Assembly: GCA_034530615.2 (NCBI GenBank)
Contig: JAVRCV020000040.1
Coordinates: 1-64,000, forward strand
DNA from: Aulosira sp. ZfuVER01
GTDB lineage: Bacteria; Cyanobacteriota; Cyanobacteriia; Cyanobacteriales; Nostocaceae
Direction of reading: 5' to 3'
DNA: 64,000 nucleotides
Shown here: piece after piece, positions 55,753 through 64,000 of the stretch
Layout: the number at the start of each line of letters is the position of its first letter
Numbering within the stretch: the stretch's first letter is position 1
Translations under genes and position numbers: made by a program
Notes under the pieces: generated by a model
Databases searched by the model: none
What the model saw: the letters and a program-made list of their open reading frames with translations, nothing else
Told to the model about the DNA's origin: nothing

Positions 55753-57768
55753 TCAGACTAATTTGTAACTTGCTAAAACAGCCTGATAATGTTCGCGCAG
55801 TACGCGACGCATGACTTTATTCGATGCAGTACGCGGTAATGTATCAACGATTACGAGGTCTTGAATTTTAAATAAAGGATTGAGTTGCTGGCGAATTGCC
55901 GTTTGTAAAGAATTTTTCAGTGCTTCTTTGTTCTGCTGGAGATGATTTTCCAGCACAGCGTAAATCACCAACTGACTTGGCCCGCCCTCAGGAGGAGAAA
56001 AAGCGATCGCCACAGCTTCGCAAATTCCCTCTACAGAATTGACAATTTGCTCAATTTCCACCGAGCTAACTTTGATACCGCCTAAATTCATTGTGTCATC
56101 AACCCGACCTTGAGCGCGGTAGTAGCCGTTAGGTAAGCGCTCAATGCGATCGCCATGACGGCGCAGGGAAGAGTCAGGAGTATGAGCGAAGTAAACTTGA
56201 TGGTGGTCTTTGTTGAGCAACTCAGTAGAAAGCCCAATGGAAGGAGCAACGATGAACACTTCGCCTTTATCGGCAGGATGTCCTGCTTCATCAACGATCG
56301 CTAAGTCTAAACCTAAAGCTGGTGTAGTAAAAGTTGCAGGTGCAGAAGGTTGTACCAAAGTACTAGTAATATATGCCCCGCCAATTTCCGTACCACCGCA
56401 GTACTCTACAATTGGCTTGTAACCAGCTAGAGACATCAAAAACAGCATATCTTGGGAATTAGAACACTCACCCGTAGAACTGAAAGCTTTGATACTGCTC
56501 CAATCAAACCCTTGCATACAGGCGGTAGTTTTCCAAACGCTGACTAAACTTGGTACTACACCCAGCATTGTCACATGGGCATCTTGAATAAATTCGCCAA
56601 ATCCCCGTTCTGTGGGTGTGCCATAGTAAAGGGCAATAGTTGCGCGATTAATTAAGCTGGCATAAATCAACCACGGCCCCATCATCCACCCTAAATTGGT
56701 TGGCCAAGCTATCACATCACCAGCATGAATATCTTGGTGTAAATGCCCATCCACAGCACATTTGATTGGGGTGGTTTGCGTCCAAGGAATTGCCTTCGGG
56801 ACTCCCGTTGTACCTGAGGAGAAGAGAATATTAGTGTAAGCCGCAGGATGGGCGGAAAAAGTAGCGAATTGTTCGTCGTTGCTAAGAAATTCCTTCCAAG
56901 TTAGATCGTTAGAACGCAATTCCACAGAGGAACCTAAAACGATCGCTCTTGGTGCCTTGGCATCAACTACTTTGGAATAAAGGGGTAACTGTTTACCAGA
57001 ACGCCAAATATGGTCTTGCGTAAAGATAGCTTTCGCCTCAGATATATGCAACCGCATGGCAATTTCCGCCGCCGCAAAACTATCAGCAATGGAAACTACT
57101 ACACAGCCAGCTTTGATAATACCTAAATAAATTGCTACCGATTCAGCAGTCATGGGCATAGCAATTGCGATCGCATCCCCAGGAACAAAGCCAGCTGTTA
57201 CCAATCCATTGGCGACTCGGTTAGTTAAACTGTGGAGTTCTTTATATGTCAGGGTACTAAGCGTACTGCCTTCTTCTTGAAAGATAATGGCGATCGCATT
57301 TTCGTCTGCCAAAAAACAACTCTCAACTATATTTAGCTGTGCATCTACCAGCCATTGAGGAGACTCCACACCCTGCGACAAGTCAACAATTGTGGTGTAT
57401 GGCTTGTGTAAGCGGATACATAATCGTTGAATCATCATCTCCCAGAACTCACCACGATGCTGAGTTGACCAAGCGTGCAGTTCTGCGTAGGAATCCACCT
57501 TTAGCTGTTTCATCAACGCTGCAATGTTGGTTGACTGAATTTGCTCCTCCGTGGGGAACCAAGCGGGAAGCTGTCCGGTTGCTTTATAAAGCAGTTCGTG
57601 AAAGCTAAAAGGTTGGTCAGGTTTGAGGATGTGGCGCGTGAATTGCTGCCAACACTCTGCGGCAGGCAGGGAGGATAACCACTGATTGATTTGTGGTAGC
57701 ATTGCAGCAGCCGTTTCTGTTGCTATGCCGCAAGCGATTATTTGTTCTAGCGATAACTGCTTTGTCAT
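55753..57768 (-). CDS. AMP-forming acyl-CoA ligase (acetyl/acetoacetyl-CoA synthetase-like)
   Basis: ILFSSGTTGVPK, WPTNLGWMMG, STGE, YCGGTE, HGD, GRVDD..N.GG, LPRTASNK. Confidence 0.9.
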   Translation of the reverse strand: MTKQLSLEQIIACGIATETAAAMLPQINQWLSSLPAAECWQQFTRHILKPDQPFSFHELLYKATGQLPAWFPTEEQIQSTNIAALMKQLKVDSYAELHAWSTQHRGEFWEMMIQRLCIRLHKPYTTIVDLSQGVESPQWLVDAQLNIVESCFLADENAIAIIFQEEGSTLSTLTYKELHSLTNRVANGLVTAGFVPGDAIAIAMPMTAESVAIYLGIIKAGCVVVSIADSFAAAEIAMRLHISEAKAIFTQDHIWRSGKQLPLYSKVVDAKAPRAIVLGSSVELRSNDLTWKEFLSNDEQFATFSAHPAAYTNILFSSGTTGVPKAIPWTQTTPIKCAVDGHLHQDIHAGDVIAWPTNLGWMMGPWLIYASLINRATIALYYGTPTERGFGEFIQDAHVTMLGVVPSLVSVWKTTACMQGFDWSSIKAFSSTGECSNSQDMLFLMSLAGYKPIVEYCGGTEIGGAYITSTLVQPSAPATFTTPALGLDLAIVDEAGHPADKGEVFIVAPSIGLSTELLNKDHHQVYFAHTPDSSLRRHGDRIERLPNGYYRAQGRVDDTMNLGGIKVSSVEIEQIVNSVEGICEAVAIAFSPPEGGPSQLVIYAVLENHLQQNKEALKNSLQTAIRQQLNPLFKIQDLVIVDTLPRTASNKVMRRVLREHYQAVLASYKLV

Positions 57769-57997
57769 CGCCCTTACCTCTTAATATAATTTTGGATTTT
57801 AGATTTTGGATTTTGAATTAAAAATCTGGCGTTGCATATTAGTGGGATGATTTGTCTCACGCAGAGACGCAGAGGCGCAGAGAGGATAAGGAGTTTTGGA
57901 TCATTTCTAGCAAATTGAATTTGAAAACACTCTGCGTTACTTTGCGCTTACTTTGCGTTCCTCTGCGTTAAAAAAAACTAACTTACACAAAGCACTA

Positions 57998-58918
57998 CTA
58001 AGTAAAAACTCCATTTACTCTGTCTTCGTTAAGACCATCCCAGAAAACAGCGATCGCATCTAAAATTTCTCGCCCGCCTTGGATAAACTTATATCGCTCA
58101 AAGTTAGATTGAAAATATACTTCTTCGAGTTCTTCTAAGGTATGTCCGGCGTGCTGTCCTTCAACGCGGTTGTGCCAAGTGAAGAACGCTAAATGCAGCT
58201 GCGGATGTCGTGTTTTTTTAATGCTGATCAGTCCGTCTTCTAACTCTTGCCAAAAGCCTGCTGCTGCCCAATTCTCAACAGCAAAGCTAGCACCCTCGGC
58301 TATGTGCGGGTCATCGCTACCATAAAGGCGTTGCAATTCATCGCAGAAGTGTAAGGTGCTGGGGCTACCGTGTTTGCGCTTACCCATTTCTTCGTAGTGT
58401 AGCCCCAACCCTTCAGCTACACCTAACAGCCATTCAAAATGAGCAGCCCGAAAGCGGCAGATACCACCGTCTACAGTACCTTCTGTACTTACTAGTTCGG
58501 GGTCGCCTTCTGTGTCTTTATCTTCCTCTGTTTGAGCTAAATGAGTGCTTACATTCTGTCCAGACTGACGATAAATGACGCCCAATTCGTTTAATAAAAT
58601 CTCTCGACTAGCCCGCGACTGCTTGAGGGTAGGTGAGTTAATCGCTTTCAGTAAAGCGGCTATTAAAAATTGGTTGGAAAATACAGAGAATTGTTTGATG
58701 AAATGGCGCAATTCTTCATCTGTCGCCGTACCATTGCTAAACCACCGAGTATAGGTGTTATTCGTAATGACGCGGTGCTGCAAAAATTCCCGTTCTACTT
58801 CAGTAAGGAAGTCGCGGAAACTATCCACTTGTGCTTGAGTCAACTCACCTCGCTGCAAGCGTTCCTCAATGCGTGAGGAAATAGGTAAATTGTTTGGTGT
58901 TGCTAAAACTTGAGTCAT
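57998..58918 (-). CDS. Heme-oxygenase-like (CADD/PqqC/TenA superfamily) putative diiron enzyme
   Basis: QFSVFS, NELG, AAHFEW, FAVENW, FFTWHNRVEGQH (HxxxExxH) give an E/H/E/H/E/H ligand set; RBS GAGGTGA. Confidence 0.7.
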   Translation of the reverse strand: MTQVLATPNNLPISSRIEERLQRGELTQAQVDSFRDFLTEVEREFLQHRVITNNTYTRWFSNGTATDEELRHFIKQFSVFSNQFLIAALLKAINSPTLKQSRASREILLNELGVIYRQSGQNVSTHLAQTEEDKDTEGDPELVSTEGTVDGGICRFRAAHFEWLLGVAEGLGLHYEEMGKRKHGSPSTLHFCDELQRLYGSDDPHIAEGASFAVENWAAAGFWQELEDGLISIKKTRHPQLHLAFFTWHNRVEGQHAGHTLEELEEVYFQSNFERYKFIQGGREILDAIAVFWDGLNEDRVNGVFT

Positions 58919-58994
58919 AAACTCACCTCGTTTGCGAAACCAGTTTGATTTGAAGTTGAAATACCTAACTCAAACTGTCTTCAATTTTTAATTG

Positions 58995-60176
58995 TTAACC
59001 GTGTACAGGTTCTCCTATATGAGACATCCAACTGTAAGAATAGTTTTTATCTTCTAAAGCTAAGGCATACTTCGTTAGTTTCAACGGACGGAAAGTATCA
59101 ATCATCACTGCCAGTTCATTAGTCCGTTCTTTCCCAATTGAACCCTCATACATTCCTGGGTGGGGGCCGTGGGGAATACCGCTAGGATGAACGGTAATTG
59201 ATGCCCGATCGATTCCTTTGCGGGACATAAAGTTGCCTTCTACGTAATAGATGACTTCATCTGAATCAACGTTGGAATGGTTATAAGGAGCCGGAACTGC
59301 TTGGGGATGGTAATCGAACAGGCGCGGTACAAAAGAACACACCACAAATCCTGGCGCTTCAAAGGTTTGATGTACAGGTGGTGGTTGATGCAGTCGTCCT
59401 GTAATTGGCTCAAAGTCTTCGATGTTGAAGGCATAAGGCCACAGATGTCCATCCCAGCCAACCACATCTAAAGGATGATGACGATAAAGATAACTGGTAA
59501 TTTGATTTTGCGCTTTAACTCGTACCTCAAATTCCCCTTCTTCATCGTGAGTAATTAACTCATCAGGTGGGCGAATGTCACGTTCGCAGTAGGGAGAATG
59601 TTCTAGGAATTGACCGTAACGATTGAGGTAACGGGCTGGTGGGTCGATATGTCCGTAGGCTTCAATTACTAGCATCCGTTGCTCAATTCCAGCATCGGGA
59701 ATTATCCGCCACATTACACCTGTGGGAATTACCAAGTAATCCCCCACGTTGTAACGCAGGATGCCATATTGGCTTTCTAATATACCGCTACCGTCGTGGA
59801 TGAAAAGTACTTCATCACCGTGAGCAAAGCGATACCAGTAATGCATCGGTTGGGTAGGACGAGCAACCGAAATGCAGATGTCTGCATTAGCCATCAAAGG
59901 AATCCGAGATGCGATCGCATCCCCACCCAAGTCTACTGTTGCTGTCCGTAAGTGTCGATGTAATAAAGCACCTGGTTCTTCATAAGGAATCTCTACCCTT
60001 TGTTCCAGCAAAATCCTCTCAATCTGCGTAGGTGGACGCAAATGGTAAAGCAGAGATTGCACGCCAGAAAAGCCGCGAATACTAATTAACTCTTCGTGAT
60101 ATAAAGAACCGTTGGGTTGCCGAAATTGTGTATGTCGCTTGTGTGGTAGTTTCCCCAACTTATAGTAGTAAGTCAT
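58995..60176 (-). CDS. hmgA: Homogentisate 1,2-dioxygenase (short bacterial type)
   Basis: P.KRH, HPLDVVGWDG, HQPPPVHQTF, PYNHSNVDSDE, HPSGIPHGPHPG, ELAVMIDTF. Confidence 0.93.
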   Translation of the reverse strand: MTYYYKLGKLPHKRHTQFRQPNGSLYHEELISIRGFSGVQSLLYHLRPPTQIERILLEQRVEIPYEEPGALLHRHLRTATVDLGGDAIASRIPLMANADICISVARPTQPMHYWYRFAHGDEVLFIHDGSGILESQYGILRYNVGDYLVIPTGVMWRIIPDAGIEQRMLVIEAYGHIDPPARYLNRYGQFLEHSPYCERDIRPPDELITHDEEGEFEVRVKAQNQITSYLYRHHPLDVVGWDGHLWPYAFNIEDFEPITGRLHQPPPVHQTFEAPGFVVCSFVPRLFDYHPQAVPAPYNHSNVDSDEVIYYVEGNFMSRKGIDRASITVHPSGIPHGPHPGMYEGSIGKERTNELAVMIDTFRPLKLTKYALALEDKNYSYSWMSHIGEPVHG

Positions 60177-60191
60177 AATTCCGCCCCGTTT

Positions 60192-61298
60192 CTAGACGCT
60201 TACGAGATTTCCCCGCCGTGCTTGTTCGCGTTCAATAGCTTCAAACAAGGCTTTGAAGTTTCCTTCACCGAAACCCCGCGCCCCGTGTCGTTCAATCACC
60301 TCAAAAAACAGTGTTGGTCTATCTTGTACGGGTTGAGTAAAAATTTGCAGCAAGTACCCATCTTGATCTCTATCGACTAAGATGCCTAACTCTGCCAACT
60401 TATCTATAGATTCGTCAATTTTCCCTACCCGTTGTTCTAAGTTCTCGTAATAAGTTGGTGGAGCAACTAAAAACTCCACACCTGTTGCTTTCATGCGGGT
60501 AACTGTCTCAATAATATTTTCAGTTGCCAACGCTATATGTTGAACTCCAGGCCCATAGTTATATTCTAAATATTCTTCAATCTGGGATTTGCGTTTACCA
60601 GTAGCAGGTTCGTTAATTGGGAATTTAATTTTGCCTGAACCATCCTGCATCACTTTGGACATTAAGGCAGAATATTCTGTAGCAATGGTTTTATCGTCAA
60701 AATGTACTAAAAGATTAAAGCCCATTGTCTCGGCAAAAAACTGCACCCAACGTTCCATTGCACCGAGTTCGACGTTACCAACTATATGATCGATGGCTTT
60801 TAGCCCCACTCCTTGACTGGTGAGGTGTGTCTTAGTTTGAGCCTCAAAACGAGGAGCAAACACACCTGCATAATCACTGCGATCGATAAATTTAATTAGA
60901 GTGTCACCGTAACCACGAATGGCAGAATAACGAAATACCCCATAAGCATCTTCTTCTTCGGTGGGAGTAATTACTCCTAAAGCACCTCGGCTAGTTGTTT
61001 GTTTGTAAGCGCTAACAGCATCCGGTACTTCTAGGGCAATAACAGCAACACTATCACCGTGTTTCAGTACACTTTTAGCAATGGGATGCTCTGGATTCAA
61101 CCCTGTACTTAAAACAAAGTTGATATTTCCTTGTTGCATCAAATATGATGCTGTATCGCGGTAGTTGGTTTCTAAGCCTCGATAAGCTGTGTTAGTAAAT
61201 CCGAAACACTTGGCATAAAACAGCGCTGCTTGCTTGGCGTTCCCAACATAAAATTCCAAGTGGTCAATGCGCTTAATTGGGCAAAAATCGTTCATCAT
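60192..61298 (-). CDS. hppD: 4-hydroxyphenylpyruvate dioxygenase
   Basis: IDHIVGNV, SALMSKV, FPINEP, SQIEEYL, GVQHIAL, LLQIFT, FFEVIER, GFGEGNFKALF. Confidence 0.97.
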   Translation of the reverse strand: MMNDFCPIKRIDHLEFYVGNAKQAALFYAKCFGFTNTAYRGLETNYRDTASYLMQQGNINFVLSTGLNPEHPIAKSVLKHGDSVAVIALEVPDAVSAYKQTTSRGALGVITPTEEEDAYGVFRYSAIRGYGDTLIKFIDRSDYAGVFAPRFEAQTKTHLTSQGVGLKAIDHIVGNVELGAMERWVQFFAETMGFNLLVHFDDKTIATEYSALMSKVMQDGSGKIKFPINEPATGKRKSQIEEYLEYNYGPGVQHIALATENIIETVTRMKATGVEFLVAPPTYYENLEQRVGKIDESIDKLAELGILVDRDQDGYLLQIFTQPVQDRPTLFFEVIERHGARGFGEGNFKALFEAIEREQARRGNLVSV

Positions 61299-61731
61299 AT
61301 ATTACTCCTTCTAAAAAGCTTCTAGAAATGCTGAACTTCCTGGTGGTTGAATAGCAATTTCAAAAAGCTTAAATGCAGACAGTTTCAGGTCTTTCCCTTT
61401 TCTTCTACACTGCCTGTGCTAACAATATAGGCACAGTCTCCTAAAGAAGGAGATTTATATAGATAAACATCTCCCCTTTGGCAGGTTCACCTGATGCCTT
61501 TGCAAAAATCTGTCTTTAGTTATCGAATTCTGAGTTTAGATTCTTAACTCTAGTCTCCTAATTTAGATTATAAATTTTACTTACAAGCATCTACAAGTGT
61601 AAAATATTAACTTTTAAAATAAATTTAGAATGTAGTTTTAACTACCCTAGATAGGGATATTCTGAAAAATAGCAACAAAAAATGCCATTTCCTTCTACGT
61701 ATAGGAGGAAAGTTGCTTGATGGCTTTCATT

Positions 61732-61835
61732 AGTGCTGAGTACCGAGTGCTGAATGCTGAGTGTTGAGCAAGAATTACCACTCATTACTCATAACTCAGC
61801 ACTCAGCACTGATAAATGACTCAGCACTCAGCACT
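61732..61835. repeat. Inverted heptamer arrays (TGCTGAG)n / (ACTCAGC)n
   Basis: Tandem 7-mers in opposing orientation just upstream of the Lrp gene. Confidence 0.8.
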
Positions 61836-61846
61836 AACAGGAGAAC

Positions 61847-62347
61847 GTGAAAGTGAAGCCTATACTAAAGAACTTTGAACAACTCCAACATTTAGATGAT
61901 ATAGACCGACAACTGTTGTGTTTATTGCAAGAGAACAGTCGGATAACTTTTGCCGAATTAGCCCGTCACGTTAATCTCTCCACGCCTGGGTTGCAAAAGA
62001 GATTGCGCAAGCTGGAAGAAAAAGGTGTGATTGACCGCTATGTTACTTTAGTGAATCGAGAAGCGCTAGGTTTAGACTTGCTGTGTTTTGCTCAAGTTAC
62101 CTTGGTAAATCATCAACCTGAATGTGTGGGGATGTTTTGCGATCGCGTCAAGGAACTACCAGAAGTTTTAGAATGTCACCATCTCAGCGGCGAATTTGAT
62201 TATTTATTGAAAATGGTTGTCCCTAACCATCAGCACTTAGCAAAGTTGTTGTCAGAAAAAATTACCCGCATTCCTGGTATAGATAGAATCCAGACTAATA
62301 TTGTTCTTGATGAGATTAAAGCTTCAACCTCGCTACCATTAGATTAA
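61847..62347 (+). CDS. Lrp/AsnC-family transcriptional regulator
   Basis: LDDIDRQLL..LQ.NSR, HTH ELARHVNLS...KRLRKLE..GVI, EVLECHHLSGEFDYLLK; GTG after AGGAGA. Confidence 0.95.
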   Translation: MKVKPILKNFEQLQHLDDIDRQLLCLLQENSRITFAELARHVNLSTPGLQKRLRKLEEKGVIDRYVTLVNREALGLDLLCFAQVTLVNHQPECVGMFCDRVKELPEVLECHHLSGEFDYLLKMVVPNHQHLAKLLSEKITRIPGIDRIQTNIVLDEIKASTSLPLD

Positions 62348-62366
62348 ATACAGCAGGTGAAATCCG

Positions 62367-63236
62367 ATGGTTGCATCATTAGAAACGCTGCTTTCATCAG
62401 TTGTGGACTACGCTGGATTGTTTCCGCCAGCCAAGTTGGAATTACAGCCAGCAATGGCGAATTATGCGCAATATCAGACAACTCCCTACACTTGGATGTT
62501 AGGTCGCTTTATTTTGCCAGTTTCTCGGTTGCAAGAGTTTGAGCAACTTTTACCAGAGAAATCAAGACAATGGCTACTGAGTGTAATTATGACTGGAGAT
62601 GTCAAAGAAGCGATCGCTCAACTACAGTCACTCAACAACGATAAAATTGCGGTTGCATCTTTGGAATTCCCCCCACTTCCACCTACTGAAATCGAAAAAA
62701 TACTTTCCTACCTCCCGGCTGAGATAGAATCATTTTTTGAAATTCCGTTTAACAACGACTTCAAAAGCTATTTATCTGTTTTGCAACATACTGGTGCAGC
62801 CGCTAAAATCCGAACTGGCGGTGTAACAGTCGATGCATTCCCGAGTATCTATCAGCTATGCCAGATTATCTTCGCCTTTGCAGAAGCTCAAGTTCCCTTT
62901 AAAGCAACCGCAGGACTGCATCATCCATTACCAGCGAAACATCGATTAACCAGTGAATCAAATAGCCCTAGTGCTGTTATGCACGGTTTTTTGAATGTTA
63001 TTGTCTTGGCAGCACTGGTTTATCACCAAAAATTAAAGCCAGAGACAGCCTTAGAACTACTCCAAGATTCAGCGAGTGATAATTTTAAATTTACAAACGA
63101 CAGTATTTCTTGGAAAAATCATCAATTAAATATTTCCGAGATAGAAGCAACTAGAAAGCGTTTCTTTCGTTCCTTTGGTTCCTGCTCATTTCAAGAGCCA
63201 ATAGATGACCTCAAAGAATTAAGATTATTAAAGTAA
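62367..63236 (+). CDS. Conserved hypothetical protein (DYAGLFPPA family)
   Basis: Motifs VDYAGLFPPA, FFE, AKIRTGG, PFKATAGLHHP, HGFLN, SFGSCS; 19 nt after the Lrp gene. Confidence 0.85.
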   Translation: MVASLETLLSSVVDYAGLFPPAKLELQPAMANYAQYQTTPYTWMLGRFILPVSRLQEFEQLLPEKSRQWLLSVIMTGDVKEAIAQLQSLNNDKIAVASLEFPPLPPTEIEKILSYLPAEIESFFEIPFNNDFKSYLSVLQHTGAAAKIRTGGVTVDAFPSIYQLCQIIFAFAEAQVPFKATAGLHHPLPAKHRLTSESNSPSAVMHGFLNVIVLAALVYHQKLKPETALELLQDSASDNFKFTNDSISWKNHQLNISEIEATRKRFFRSFGSCSFQEPIDDLKELRLLK

Positions 63237-63330
63237 TGGCTATAATGCTTGTCTGAGAATTTGTCAAGCTAGATTTCTACAGGCGATCGCATCCACAATG
63301 ATGTAATTGAGTTGCATCGACCTGCAATTG

Positions 63331-63432
63331 ATACCAATTCACAAAACCTTGATACAGATAGATTTTTCGTAGGGGCACGGCATCCACAATCTTTTGGTGC
63401 ATACAATAATTTTACTGGTGCCGTGCCTCTAC
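63331..63432. repeat. GTAG-headed REPIN-like element
   Basis: GTAGGGGCACGGCA (63369-63382) / TGCCGTGCCTCTAC (63419-63432), preceded by ATACCAATT...ACAGAT. Confidence 0.7.
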
Positions 63433-63441
63433 CTACTGTCA

Positions 63442-64000
63442 CTAACGCGCAACCGTCGATTCCATTGTCAAATCTTGGAACATCAAGGTGCTGAGATAAC
63501 GTTCGCCAAAGGAAGGCTGAATCATGACGATGAGCTTTCCTGCGTTTTCGGGGCGTTGAGCTACTTGCAGTGCAGCACATAAAGCCGCACCAGAAGATAT
63601 CCCAGATAATAAACCTTCTTCTTTTGCTAACCGTCGCCCGAATACCATCGCCTGTTCATCGCTGACGCGAATCACTTCATCAACCAATTCCAGCTTGAGA
63701 ACATCAGGAACAAAGCCAGCACCAATCCCTTGAATTTTATGGGAACCAGCTTCACCACCCGATAATACAGGACTGTTGCTGGGTTCAACTGCGATCGCCT
63801 GAAAACTTGGCTTACGTTGTTTAATTACTTCGGCAATACCAGTAATTGTTCCACCGGTACCCACCCCAGCAATTACAATATCTACTTCACCATCCGTATC
63901 CGCCCAAATTTCTTCAGCAGTGGTTTCTCGGTGAATTTTGGGATTAGCTGCGTTGCGGAACTGTTGCAGCATATATGCGTTGGGAGTCTTAGCCACAATT
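63442..64000 (-). CDS. cysK: Cysteine synthase, 3' part (5' end outside window)
   Basis: [39 protein letters not shown]. Confidence 0.95.
   Translation of the reverse strand, partial: IVAKTPNAYMLQQFRNAANPKIHRETTAEEIWADTDGEVDIVIAGVGTGGTITGIAEVIKQRKPSFQAIAVEPSNSPVLSGGEAGSHKIQGIGAGFVPDVLKLELVDEVIRVSDEQAMVFGRRLAKEEGLLSGISSGAALCAALQVAQRPENAGKLIVMIQPSFGERYLSTLMFQDLTMESTVAR

Noticed and set aside
61300..61560. Glycine riboswitch or T-box in the hppD leader
   Set aside because: Tandem GGAGA is present but the CCGAAG/CUCUCAGG and T-box consensus motifs are missing
54542..63236. Recently acquired mobile island carrying the hppD cluster
   Set aside because: No integrase, tRNA or flanking direct repeats; several HIP1 sites and host-type repeats lie inside
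63269..63582. Short ORFs overlapping the cysK 3' end
   Set aside because: They run through a REP-like repeat and overlap cysK; no coding signal

Overview
Chromosomal window from a filamentous, heterocyst-type cyanobacterium (Nostocales-like, judged by dense HIP1 GCGATCGC octamers, heptamer STRR repeats, an flv3B/flv1B-type pair and xisH/xisI). Most of it is ordinary metabolism: nadC, flv3B-flv1B, xfp-gap1-pyk-tal, ggt plus a phytochelatin-synthase-like gene, GH57, nfuA, a GAF histidine kinase, lepA, GT4, a cyanophycinase-like peptidase, iscS, bcp, dhaK/dhaL, a nitrilase, MarC, a zinc metalloprotease, UPF0182 and partial cysK. The most notable locus is 54.5-63.2 kb: an apparent operon hppD - hmgA - heme-oxygenase-like diiron enzyme - acyl-CoA ligase - indoleamine 2,3-dioxygenase, divergent from an Lrp/AsnC regulator and a conserved unknown protein. 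No phhA, maiA or fahA is in the window, so this may be a non-canonical aromatic amino acid catabolic or biosynthetic system. Other highlights: two tandem, self-contained structured ncRNA candidates at 13.6-14.1 kb; a NACHT-pentapeptide gene next to a NACHT-less paralog; an inverted glycoside hydrolase lipoprotein gene between dhaK and dhaL; and a Uma2 gene broken by a nested 104-bp mini-element. All calls come from motif recognition by eye; no database searches were run.
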